Assembly: GCA_963766395.1 (NCBI GenBank)
Contig: CAVXZD010000006.1
Span: 39,355 to 103,354, forward strand
Reading direction: 5' to 3'
DNA: 64,000 nucleotides
DNA from: an uncultured Actinomycetes bacterium
GTDB lineage: Bacteria > Actinomycetota > Thermoleophilia > Gaiellales > Gaiellaceae
The position numbers and the translations under genes were made by a program. Shown here piece by piece: positions 23,724 through 31,952 of the stretch; within the stretch, counting starts at the first letter, position 1, and each line of letters begins with the position of its first letter. The notes beneath the pieces were generated by a model. That model had not been told where the DNA came from and made no database searches. It worked only from the letters and a program-made list of their open reading frames with translations.

Positions 23724-24303
23724 CGAGCGACTTCGTCGCTGGATCGCCGCCCTTCTCGCCACTCCGGGCCTGACCGCGATCCGGGATCCGGACGAGGCCT
23801 GGCGCGTCCACGTCGAGCAGTCGCTGGCGGCGGCGCCTCTCGTCGTGAGCTCGAGGGGCCGATCGTGGACGTCGGATCCGGAGGGGGCGCGCCCGGTCTG
23901 CCGCTCGCCGCGGCGTTCCCCTACCGGGAGGTGACGCTGCTCGAGGCGAACGGGCGCAAGGCCGCATTTCTCGAGCACGTCGCCGCCGAGTTCCCAACGT
24001 TCGGGTGCGTGCGCGGCCGCGCCGAGGAGCACGACGAGACCTACGGCGTCGCGGTCGCGAAGGCGCTCGCGCCGCCGCCGGTGGCCGCGGAGCTGTGCCT
24101 GCCGCTCGTTCGCGAAGGGGGCGTGGCCATCCTCTTCGTCGGGCCGTCGGCCGATCCGGCTGCGGTCGCCGCGGTGGCGGAGATGCTCGGCGGAGGCCGT
24201 GCCGGAGCCGCACCCGGGCCTGCTCGCCATCCCCAAGGTGGCGCCGACTCCGCCCCGCTTTCCTCGCCGGCCGGGGATGGCCGCGAAACGTCCGCTCGCG
24301 TAA
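23716..24303 (+). CDS. rsmG: 16S rRNA (guanine527-N7)-methyltransferase, apparent frameshifts
   Basis: VTDERLRRWIAALLATPGLTAIRDPDEAWRVHVEQSL.., then ..IVDVGSGGGAPGLPLAAAFPYREVTLLEANGRKAAFLE.. (ORF 23865..24425), then ..LLAIPKVAPTPPRFPRRPGMAAKRPLA and TAA. Shifts near 23850 and 24200. Confidence 0.8.
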
Positions 24304-24316
24304 CGAGAATTGGCCC

Positions 24317-25072
24317 ATGCCGGCGACGATCTACGCCGTCGCCAACCAGAAGGGCGGCGTCGGCAAGACGACCACCGCGGTCAACCTGGCCGCTTGCCTG
24401 GCCGAGGCCGGCGAGCAGGCGCTGATCGTCGACCTCGATCCGCAGGCAAACGCGACCTCGGGGCTCGGCGCGCGGGCTAACGGCACGTCTACCTACGACC
24501 TCCTCGACGGCGAGCCCCTTTCGCGGCTGGCCAAGGAGACGGCGTTCCCGGGCCTGCATCTCGTCCCGTCCCGGCCGGAGCTGGCCGGCGCCGCGGTCGA
24601 GCTCGCCGGGCGCGAGGACGGCGAGACCTACCTGCGCCAGGCGCTCGACGCCGGCCGGAACGAGTACGGGTTCGTCTTCATCGACTGCCCGCCGTCGCTC
24701 GGCCCGCTGACCGTGAACGCGCTCGCGGCGGCCGACCGCGTGCTCGTCCCCGTCCAGGCCGAGTACTACGCGCTCGAGGGGCTGTCCCAGCTGGTCCAGT
24801 CGGTCGAGCTGATCCGCGCGCGGCTGAACCCGCGCCTGCAGATCGGCGGCGTGCTGCTGACGATGGTCGACGGCCGGACGAACCTCTCGGCGGAGGTCGC
24901 CGACGAGGTGCGACGTCACTTCGGCCCGCTCGTGTTCAAGACGACCGTTCCGCGCTCGGTTCGGCTGGCGGAGGCGCCGAGCTACGGGATGCCTGCGATC
25001 CGATACGACCGGCACTCGGCGGGCGCCGAGGCCTACTGGAAGGTGGCGATGGAGCTTGTCGAGCGTTCCTGA
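24317..25072 (+). CDS. parA: chromosome partitioning ATPase ParA/Soj
   Basis: From ATG 24317 within ORF 24005..25072: MPATIYAVANQKGGVGKTTTAVNLAACLAE..LIVDLDPQANATSGLG.. with the deviant Walker A motif. The reading frame is intact. Confidence 0.95.
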   Translation: MPATIYAVANQKGGVGKTTTAVNLAACLAEAGEQALIVDLDPQANATSGLGARANGTSTYDLLDGEPLSRLAKETAFPGLHLVPSRPELAGAAVELAGREDGETYLRQALDAGRNEYGFVFIDCPPSLGPLTVNALAAADRVLVPVQAEYYALEGLSQLVQSVELIRARLNPRLQIGGVLLTMVDGRTNLSAEVADEVRRHFGPLVFKTTVPRSVRLAEAPSYGMPAIRYDRHSAGAEAYWKVAMELVERS

Positions 25073-25911
25073 AAAACGACGTGGCCTCGGCCGCGGCCTC
25101 GAAGTCCTGGTCGGCGGGCTCGGCGACGGGCCGGAGCTGGCGCAGCTCGCCGTCGAAGAGATCCATCCGAACCCGCGCCAGCCGCGCCGGCGGTTCGAGC
25201 CGGAGGCGGGATCGGCGCTCGCCAAGTCGATCGAGGCGCAGGGGCTCCTCCAGCCGGTCGTCGTGCGCCCACGGCCCGCCGGTGGCTACGAGCTGATCGC
25301 CGGCGAACGGCGCTGGCGTGCCGCCAGGGAGGCGGGAGTCGCGAAGGTGCCGGCGCTCGTCCGCGAGGCCGACGACCAGCAGTCGCTGCTGCTCTCGCTG
25401 GTCGAGAACGTCGCCCGCGAGCAGCTGTCTCCGGTCGAGGAGGCGCGCGCCTACGCGATCCTCGTCGACGAGTTCGGGCTGGCGCGTGGGCGAGATCGGC
25501 GACCGAGTCGGCCGCTCGACGCCGGCCGTGTCGAACCGCCTGCGCCTGCTCGAGCTTCCCGACGACGTGCTCTGGATGATCGCGCGCGGCGAGCTGACCG
25601 AAGGCCATGCGAAGGCCGTGCTGTCGGCGCCGGGACAGGCGGAGCGCCGCCGGCTGGCGAAGCGCGTGGTCAAGGAAGGGCTGTCCGTTCGCGCCACCGA
25701 GCGCGCGGCGCGGGCGATGGGAGCGCGGACGTACAAGTCGCGGCACCGCTCGGTCGACCCGGCGCTGGCGGAGCGGGCGGCACGCGCCATTCAGCGGATA
25801 ACAGGGTTCCGGCCGAAGGTCACCGCGACGCGGGTCGAGATCCCGTACGCGGACGACAAAGAGCTGGCCGAGCTGGCCGAAGCGCTCGAACGAGCATCGC
25901 TATCATCGTAG
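25056..25911 (+). CDS. parB: chromosome partitioning protein ParB/Spo0J, one apparent frameshift
   Basis: ..RRGLGRGLEVL..IHPNPRQPRRRF..LLQPVVVRP..YELIAGERRWRAAREAG.. (ORF 25056..25943), then the HTH and C-terminal part ..GEIGDRVGRSTPAVSNRLRLLELP.. (ORF 25318..25911). Shift near 25490. Confidence 0.9.
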
Positions 25912-25917
25912 CCATCC

Positions 25918-25940
25918 GCGGGCGATTAGCTCAGTCGGTT
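25918..25940 (+). repeat. 23-nt exact direct copy of the tRNA-Ile 5' end (2 flanking nt, acceptor 5' strand, D-stem and D-loop)
   Basis: GCGGGCGATTAGCTCAGTCGGTT at 25918-25940 is identical to 26040-26062. Identity ends in the D-loop: the D-stem 3' strand GAGC is missing, so it is not a functional tRNA. Confidence 0.85.
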
Positions 25941-25943
25941 TAG

Positions 25944-25983
25944 CCGCGAAAAGTGCTGCGCTGACGCTCCGCACTTTTCGCGG
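25944..25983. other. perfect 13-bp inverted repeat (hairpin) between parB and tRNA-Ile
   Basis: CCGCGAAAAGTGC (25944-25956), a 14-nt loop, then GCACTTTTCGCGG (25971-25983). No U-tract follows on either strand, so it is not a canonical intrinsic terminator. Confidence 0.7.
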
Positions 25984-26041
25984 GTGAAGGGATTTCGCGG
26001 GTCGGTACGCCTTTTGCGCTTCGCTAGGATCGAGTCCTGGC

Positions 26042-26115
26042 GGGCGATTAGCTCAGTCGGTTAGAGCGCCGCTCTGATAAGGCGGAGGTCCGTGGTTCGA
26101 ATCCACGATCGCCCA
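26042..26115 (+). tRNA. tRNA-Ile (anticodon GAU)
   Basis: Folded by hand: GGGCGAT TA GCTC AGTCGGTTA GAGC G CCGCT CTGATAA GGCGG AGGTC CGTGG TTCGAAT CCACG ATCGCCC A. All four stems pair. CCA is not encoded. Confidence 0.95.
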
Positions 26116-26619
26116 TGTCATTGCCGCTTCGGCGGCCTCGCGGATGTACGGGTCGCCGAGCTCGTCGACCTGGAACCAGCGCAGCTCCAAGCCCTCCGGT
26201 GACCGCAGCTCGCCGCCCGTCTCTACCCGCGCGGCGAACCGAACGTCTACGTGCATGTGCGGCTCGCCCACGAGTGTGCCGGGATGGACGTCCACGTCAA
26301 AGGGCGCGCCGCCGATCTCGGGTGTCAACCCGGTTTCCTCAGCGAGCTCGCGCCGGGCTACAGCGGCCGCGTCCGTCTCGCCGTCGCAGTGCCCGCCGGG
26401 CTGCAGCCAGCGTTCGAACTTCGGATGCCGCACGAGGAGTACGCCCCCGGCGGCCGGGTCGACGACGAAGACCGAGGCGGTCAAATGGGCCGGCAGGGTC
26501 GCCCGGTCCGCGATCCGCGGAAGCGAGTTCGCGAGAAAGAGCGCGAGGGCACGGTGGGCCGCGCGGCGCGGTGAGTAGGGCTCGATCGCTGCGAGCCGCT
26601 GAGCGACCTCCTCGTTCAT
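26053..26619 (-). CDS. NUDIX hydrolase
   Basis: ORF 26053..26619 carries the Nudix box GGHCDGETDAAAVARRELAEETGL. The last 20 or so codons run antisense through the tRNA-Ile gene, so the 3' end may be an artefact. Confidence 0.75.
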   Translation of the reverse strand: MNEEVAQRLAAIEPYSPRRAAHRALALFLANSLPRIADRATLPAHLTASVFVVDPAAGGVLLVRHPKFERWLQPGGHCDGETDAAAVARRELAEETGLTPEIGGAPFDVDVHPGTLVGEPHMHVDVRFAARVETGGELRSPEGLELRWFQVDELGDPYIREAAEAAMTWAIVDSNHGPPPYQSGALTD

Positions 26620-26697
26620 GGGAGCCGATCGTAGTGCGCCCGGCGGCTCCTCATCCGAGTTTGACTGGAGACCCCTGGGCTATCATCACGAGAGGCC

Positions 26698-27231
26698 ATG
26701 CAGCGGATGGACATCTACGGGGTCTCGTTCGATCTGGTGGGGAAACAGCCGATCGTTCTGCTCAAGACGGCCGAGGGAAACCGCTTCCTTCCGATCTGGA
26801 TCGGCCACGCCGAAGCGGCCGCGATCCTGATGCGGATCCAGGGCGCAGCCACGCCGCGGCCGATGACCCACGACCTCCTCAGCGACATCATCGGCAAGCT
26901 CGACGCCGAGGTCGTCGCCGTTACGGTCACCGAGCTGCGCGACAACACGTTCTACGCCAGCATCACCGTCCAGATGAACGGGTCGGAGATCGAGGTCGAC
27001 TCGCGCCCGTCCGACGCGATCGCGCTGGCCGTTCGCTCCGACGCGCCGATCTTCGCCGCCGACGACGTGATCGAGGAGTCCGCGATCGAGTTCGAGGGTG
27101 ACGAGGGGCCGCCCGAGAACGTCTCCGCCATGTCGGACGAGCAGCGGGCACAGGTCGAGGAGCAGTTCAAGGAGTTCCTCGAGAACGTCACGCCCGACCA
27201 GTTCGCCGCGGCCGAGCCCGAAGACGACTAG
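26698..27231 (+). CDS. bifunctional nuclease (BFN/DUF151) domain protein
   Basis: Intact ORF: ..PIVLLKTAEGNRFLPIWIGHAEAAAI..PRPMTHDLL..TFYASI..DSRPSDAIALAVR..PIF.. with an acidic C-terminal tail. Confidence 0.75.
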   Translation: MQRMDIYGVSFDLVGKQPIVLLKTAEGNRFLPIWIGHAEAAAILMRIQGAATPRPMTHDLLSDIIGKLDAEVVAVTVTELRDNTFYASITVQMNGSEIEVDSRPSDAIALAVRSDAPIFAADDVIEESAIEFEGDEGPPENVSAMSDEQRAQVEEQFKEFLENVTPDQFAAAEPEDD

Positions 27232-27240
27232 ACCCGCCGG

Positions 27241-28598
27241 CTAGTAGTAGAGGATCACGGTCGCGCCGTACCCGTGCGTGTCGTACATGGGGACGGCCGC
27301 CCAGATCGGGATCCGCACGCAGCCGTGGCTCGCCGGATACGTCGGCACCTCGGGGTACCCGTGCACGGCGAAGTTGCCGAGGAAGTACATCGAGAAGTAC
27401 ATGAGCTTCTGGTTGTAGCCGGGCTCCTTGCTGTACACGTGGAACGTTCCGCTCGGCGTGTTGCCCGTCGCTCCCGTCGAGACCGGCAGGACGCGCGCGA
27501 CCTTGCCGTCGCGGACGTCGAACAGGACCTGCCGCGTCTTGTCGACCTCGATGTGCGTGCCGGACCGGTATCGCGGCGAGCGGGATGGTCGCCGTGCTCA
27601 GCCGGTGCCAGACCGCGGGCCCGACGACGCCGTCCCGCGACATGCCGTTCACCTTCTCGAACGCGATCACGGAGTCGAAGTCGTCCTGGCCGTAGTAGCC
27701 GTCGATGCCCGCGAGCGCGTAGTGAAGCTGCGAGAGCCGCTGCTCGAGGATCCGCACCGATGCGCCTTTCGCGCCGTATCGAAAGCTGCGGCATGACCAC
27801 CGTCGTCCGGAGCCCGAGCGCGGTCGGTGCGAAGCCGTCGGCGGCCTCGACACGAACGCTGACGCGGTAGACCACCGGCCCGGGCGTCTTCAGGCGGACG
27901 TGCGCCGTTCCGGAGGCGCGGCCGTCGAAGATCTTCGCGTTCCCCCTGCGGATGACGACGTGCAGGCGTCCGGCGGAGGCCGGCTTGACCCGCGCGACGA
28001 GCGCGAGCGAGCTGCCGACCAGCGGCGAGCCGGCGAAGCGCGCCGTGAGCTTCGGCCGCACGCGGACCGCGCGCGTGTTGGACAGAACCTGCCCGTAGAC
28101 GGCCTGGAACTCTCCCGGCGCGCGGACGCGCGTCTTCAGCCGGAAGACGCCGCGCGCGTTCGTCCGTGCGTGCGCGACCGTCTTGCCGTTTCGCTGCAGG
28201 AGGATCGGGGCGCGCGCGGTCGCCGGGACGAGCGTGCCGCTGAAGACGGCCGGCTTGCCGAAGCCGATGGGGCTCGGCGCGCGCAGCGAGAGCCCGTAGG
28301 CCGTGATGTCGACCGAGGCCTGTCCGGTCGCCCCGCCGCCGAAGCTCGTTCCGGTGGCGACCGCCGTGTAGCGGCCGGCAGTCGTGTAGGTGTGCTGGAC
28401 CGTCGCGCCGTCGCCCTCGGTTCCGTCGCCGAAGGCCCAGTGGTAGGCGACGCCGTCGCCGGTCGCGGTGAAGGTGACGGTGAGCGGGATGGGCCCGGAG
28501 GTCGGCGTGGCCTGGAGCGTCACGTCCGTCGTACCGGCGTGTGCCGACTTCGCCCAGACCGCGAGGGCGATGACACAGATCAGCGCGATCCTACGCAT
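27241..28598 (-). CDS. secreted L,D-transpeptidase (YkuD) with PKD-like and peptidoglycan-binding domains, apparent frameshifts
   Basis: Signal peptide MRRIALICVIALAVWAKSAHA. PKD-like segment ..PLTVTFTATGDGVAYHWAFGDGTEG.. (ORF 27255..28628). PG-binding segment ..GAKGASVRILEQRLSQLHYALAGIDGYYG.. (ORF 27188..27853). Catalytic segment ..FAVHGYPEVPTYPASHGCVRIP.. (ORF 27241..27438). At least 3 frame changes. Confidence 0.8.
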
Positions 28599-28638
28599 GG
28601 GATGCTGACGTTCGGCGAGCACGCGCATGTTCCTTCGC

Positions 28639-29292
28639 TCAGCTTGCGACGGCGACGATGAGAACGAGGCTGTTGAAGGCGGAGTGCACGATCATCCCAG
28701 GGTAGACGCTGCCAGTGCGCATCCGCACATAAGCGAGCCCCGCGCCGAAGGCGGCGAGGATCGGAAGCGCCTCGACGAGGCCGTGCGCGAAGCCGAAGAG
28801 GAGGCCGACGAGCACGATCGCCGTCCACCGGCCGAACGGCTCGAGCAGCCGGTAGCCGAGCCCGCGAAAGGTCAGTTCCTCGACTACGGGCGCGACCAGG
28901 CAGACGACGATGAAGTTCGCGACGAACGGCGCGGCCTGGTCCGGATGCCAAACCTTCGGGACGAGCCCTTGCTCCTCCCCCGGATGCAGCAGCGGCGACA
29001 GAATCGCGCTGAGGACGAAGACGCCGATCAGGACGAGCACCATCAGGCCCGCCGCCAGTCCCCAGGAGCTCGGCCGGCGCAATCCCAGGTATTCGTCCTT
29101 CGGCCGGTCGCGCGCGATCGCGAGGACGATCGCGAGGATGATCCCCATCTGGACGAGCCCGCCGATCGCCGCGCTCCACGTGTAGAGGACGTTGCGGTCC
29201 GGCTTGCTCGGGACGAAGCGGGTTGCGTAGTTGAGCGCGGCGAAGATGCCGACGAAGGTGAGCCAGCCGTAGAGCTTGCCGCGGTCGTTCAC
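28639..29292 (-). CDS. CPBP-family intramembrane glutamic endopeptidase (CAAX protease-like)
   Basis: From GTG 29292 within ORF 28639..30018: VNDRGKLYGWLTFVGIF.. with several TM helices and the motifs ..APVVEELTFRGLG.. and ..LLFGFAHG..HSAFN... Confidence 0.75.
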   Translation of the reverse strand: MNDRGKLYGWLTFVGIFAALNYATRFVPSKPDRNVLYTWSAAIGGLVQMGIILAIVLAIARDRPKDEYLGLRRPSSWGLAAGLMVLVLIGVFVLSAILSPLLHPGEEQGLVPKVWHPDQAAPFVANFIVVCLVAPVVEELTFRGLGYRLLEPFGRWTAIVLVGLLFGFAHGLVEALPILAAFGAGLAYVRMRTGSVYPGMIVHSAFNSLVLIVAVAS

Positions 29293-29910
29293 GCGATCCC
29301 GGCGACGGCTGTCGCGAGCGGCGCCGGCAGGTAGTGCATGCCCGCGGCGGCCGCGGCCTCTTCGTCGGCCCGCTCGTCGCCGATGTGGACGGCGCGCTCG
29401 GGGCGCACGTCCAACTTGGCGAGCGCCCGCGTCAGTCCCGAGGGATCGGGCTTGCGCGCCGCGTGCAGCGACGACCGAGAAATAGTGCGAGAGCCCGAGC
29501 TCGGCCAGCCAGCGGTGGACGGTCAGGTCCCAGTTCCCGACGACGGCGAGCGCGAGCCCGCGGGAGCGGAGGGACTCGAGCGCCGGCACGACTCCCTCGA
29601 TCGTCCTGAAGTGGAGGCAGGCGACGTATTCCGGCGCGAACTCCCCCGGATCGAGCTCGGCACCGACGGCCTCGAGGAAGACCCCGGCGCAGCGGGCATG
29701 CAGATCCCGCAGCCCCTCTTCATCGGCTCCCTCGTGGATGTGCGCGCGGTAGTACCGGCCCTCCGCCGCGAAGGCATCGGCGATCTGCTCGTCCGTCCGC
29801 TCGATGCCGCGGCTGCGGAGAGCTTCGGCGAGGAAGGGAAGCGGGTCGACCAGCTCGATCAGGGTCCCGAACGCGTCGATCGTGACCGCGTCGAGCTCAG
29901 CGAAACGCAT
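29289..29910 (-). CDS. HAD-superfamily hydrolase, one apparent frameshift
   Basis: MRFAELDAVTIDAFGTLIELV (motif I) ..LALAVVGNWD.., then after a shift near 29470 ..VHIGDERADEEAAAAAGMHYLPAPLATAVAGIA. Its stop overlaps the CPBP GTG (GTGA). Confidence 0.65.
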
Positions 29911-30712
29911 CCGGGTGGAGGTACTTCGCGATCGCGAGCAGCTCGGTCCCGATCTCGGCCCCGGGCTGCACGACCTTGGCGGCGAGGATCGCGAAGTGGC
30001 CGTCGCGCCGAACGGCATCGAGCCCTCGCGTGCGCGGATCGCGGCGCAGGTCGGCGAGCGTGGTGCCGCTGTCGGAGGTGGCCAGGTAGTAGTCCGGGTT
30101 CAGCTTCCGCAGCGTGCGTACTGGAAAGGGGCCCGGCTGCGGCGCGGCGCCGGCGATGTTCTTCCCGCCGGCCTGCTTGATCAGGTCGCCGAGCAGGCTC
30201 TTCGTCGAGGCGGTGGTGAAGAAGCCCGTGTCGACGAAGACCGACACCGGGTCGACCCCGCGCAGGCGCGCGCGGACGGACTTCCGCTTGGACTCGATGT
30301 CCGCGACGACCTGCCGGGCGCGGATCGGGCGGTCGAGCAGCAGGCCGAGCTCCGTCAGCGCGCGCTCGACGTCCGAGATCGACTCGTCGGGCGCGACGTA
30401 CACGCGCGGCGTGCGCTTGTTCAGGCTCTCGGGCGTGATCACGACGAGCTCCGCGTTTCCCGGCGACCGCTTCGGCTCGACGGTCTGGTCGAGGACGGAG
30501 CTGAGCAGCGTCGCCGCCTGCGGTGTCAGGGCGGCCACCGAGGCCGGCTTGTGCGCGAGCACGATGGGCGGACCGGCCGGCTGGTCGACCGTGACTGGGT
30601 AGAGGTCGACCTTGGCGCCGGTCGGCTCGGAGCGCTGGCCGCACCCTGTCAGCAGCAGAAGGGCCGCAACGACGAACGCCGCCGCGACGGCGATGTTCGA
30701 CCGGCGCACCAC
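29897..30712 (-). CDS. ABC-transporter periplasmic binding lipoprotein (BtuF/siderophore-binding class)
   Basis: From GTG 30712 within ORF 29897..31225: VVRRSNIAVAAAFVVAALLLLTGCGQ (lipobox LTGC), then ..IVLAHKPASVAALTPQAATLL..VITPESL..DPVSVFVDTGFFT... No cognate permease or ATPase gene is adjacent. Confidence 0.6.
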   Translation of the reverse strand: MVRRSNIAVAAAFVVAALLLLTGCGQRSEPTGAKVDLYPVTVDQPAGPPIVLAHKPASVAALTPQAATLLSSVLDQTVEPKRSPGNAELVVITPESLNKRTPRVYVAPDESISDVERALTELGLLLDRPIRARQVVADIESKRKSVRARLRGVDPVSVFVDTGFFTTASTKSLLGDLIKQAGGKNIAGAAPQPGPFPVRTLRKLNPDYYLATSDSGTTLADLRRDPRTRGLDAVRRDGHFAILAAKVVQPGAEIGTELLAIAKYLHPDAFR

Positions 30713-30739
30713 GGCGCCAATCCTAAGTACTGTCACGCG

Positions 30740-31142
30740 ATGGAGCAGGGGCGGTACTTCACGCGCGACGAGGCGAACGCACTCCTCCCTGCGGTGCGAA
30801 CGCTCGCCGAGCGGATGGTCGCCTACCGCGCCGGCCTCGAGCAGGCTCAGGCGAGGCTCGGCGGCTATCTCGACAAGATCGCGGGCAACGGCGGCGGCAT
30901 CCCGCCGGCCGAGCTGGCCGAGGCGCACGAGGCGGTCGAGCGCGAGGCGGGCGGTATCGCTCGCTGCGTCGAGGGGATCCAGGAGCTGGGCGGGCATGGT
31001 CAAGGACGTCGGCGAGGGGCTCGTCGACTTCCTCGCCAGGCGCGAAGGCGAGGACGTCCTGCTCTGCTGGAGGCTCGGCGAGGACGAGATCGACCACTGG
31101 CATGGCCTGGAAGAGGGCTTCGCGGGCCGGAAACCGCTCTGA
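30740..31142 (+). CDS. DUF2203-family protein, one apparent frameshift
   Basis: MEQGRYFTRDEANALLPAVRTLAERMV..GIARCVEGIQELG, then ..MVKDVGEGLVDFLARREGEDVLLCWRLGEDEIDHWHGLEEGFAGRKPL (ORF 30612..31142). Shift near 30990. Confidence 0.55.
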
Positions 31143-31160
31143 ACCGTCGAATAGGGCGGG

Positions 31161-31886
31161 ATGCCCGTCTGGGAACGGAGCGCTATCGCCGTCGCCGTGC
31201 TCGCGGCCACGGCCGTTGTCGCCAAGCTGATCGACCACGCGATCGCGAAGCGCGAGCTCGATCCCGCTGCGAAGACGCGCTACCGCGTGCTGCGGCGAAC
31301 GATCATGACCGCGATCTTCGCGGTCGGCGTCCTTTCCGCTCTCCTCATCATCCCGCAGGTGCGCGCCGTCGCCGGTGGGCTGCTCGCGTCGTCGGCCGTC
31401 ATCGGCCTCGTCATCGGATTCGCCGCTCGCACGACGCTGGGGAACTTCGTCGCCGGGGTCCTGATCGCGTTCACGCAGCCGGTCCGGCTCGGCGACGAGG
31501 TCGTCCTGGGCGAGGACGTCGGCACGGTCGAGGAGATCGGACTGACCTATACCTTCGTCCGAACCGAGGACAACGCGCGCCTGGTCATCCCGAACGAGCG
31601 ACTGGCCTCGGATACGATTCGGAACACGACGATCGTCGATCGCACCACGGTCGCCGAAGTAACCGTGCAGGTACCGCTCACCCAAGATCTCGACGCGGTT
31701 GTCGGCGTGCTACGGGAACAGGTGCGGGACGAGCGTGATCCCGACGTCGAAGTGACCGGGCTCGGCGACAAGGCGACTGTCGCGGTCCGCGCCCGCGCCG
31801 CCGACGAGCACGAAGCGCGGCGCCTCGAGAGCGACCTGCGCCTGCGCGCGCACCGGGCGCTGCTCGAAGCCGGGATGCTGGCGTGA
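31161..31886 (+). CDS. small-conductance mechanosensitive channel (MscS family)
   Basis: Intact ORF with TM helices and the MscS pore/beta-domain signature ..AVIGLVIGFAARTTLGNFVAGVLIAFTQPVRLGDEVV..GTVEEIGLTYTFVRTEDNARLVIPNE... Confidence 0.85.
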   Translation: MPVWERSAIAVAVLAATAVVAKLIDHAIAKRELDPAAKTRYRVLRRTIMTAIFAVGVLSALLIIPQVRAVAGGLLASSAVIGLVIGFAARTTLGNFVAGVLIAFTQPVRLGDEVVLGEDVGTVEEIGLTYTFVRTEDNARLVIPNERLASDTIRNTTIVDRTTVAEVTVQVPLTQDLDAVVGVLREQVRDERDPDVEVTGLGDKATVAVRARAADEHEARRLESDLRLRAHRALLEAGMLA

Positions 31887-31952
31887 GCCCGCCCTCGTCG
31901 CATCGGCGCCGCTAGCGGCCCGCGGAGACGCGCCTCTCGCAAGACGCGCGCC

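Noticed and set aside
22531-24318. 595-aa ORF on the minus strand
   Set aside because: It lies antisense to yidC, jag and rsmG. Its composition is dominated by Arg, Pro, Ala and Gly, and it has no recognisable domain. This is the typical stop-poor antisense frame of a 70 percent GC genome.
26024-26040. T-arm-like element CTAGG-ATCGAGT-CCTGG just upstream of tRNA-Ile, as a possible second tRNA or a split or intron-containing tRNA
   Set aside because: No matching acceptor strands, D-arm or anticodon arm can be paired around it. The downstream tRNA-Ile is complete on its own. TAGGAT within the element is more simply a -10-like hexamer.
26651-26676. TTGACT ... TATCAT upstream of the bifunctional nuclease gene, as a sigma-70-type promoter
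   Set aside because: The spacer is only 14 nt, outside the usual 16-18 nt range, so I do not report it as a promoter.
27428-27443. Second parS-like half-site (..ACACGTGGAACG..)
   Set aside because: Only one half resembles the 44067 palindrome, and it lies within the L,D-transpeptidase coding sequence. Chance similarity is likely.
29804-31738. 644-aa plus-strand ORF
   Set aside because: It is mostly antisense to the binding-lipoprotein gene or out of frame with DUF2203 and mscS. Only a short internal part (MEQGRYFTRDEANALL..) is genuine, and that part is annotated separately.
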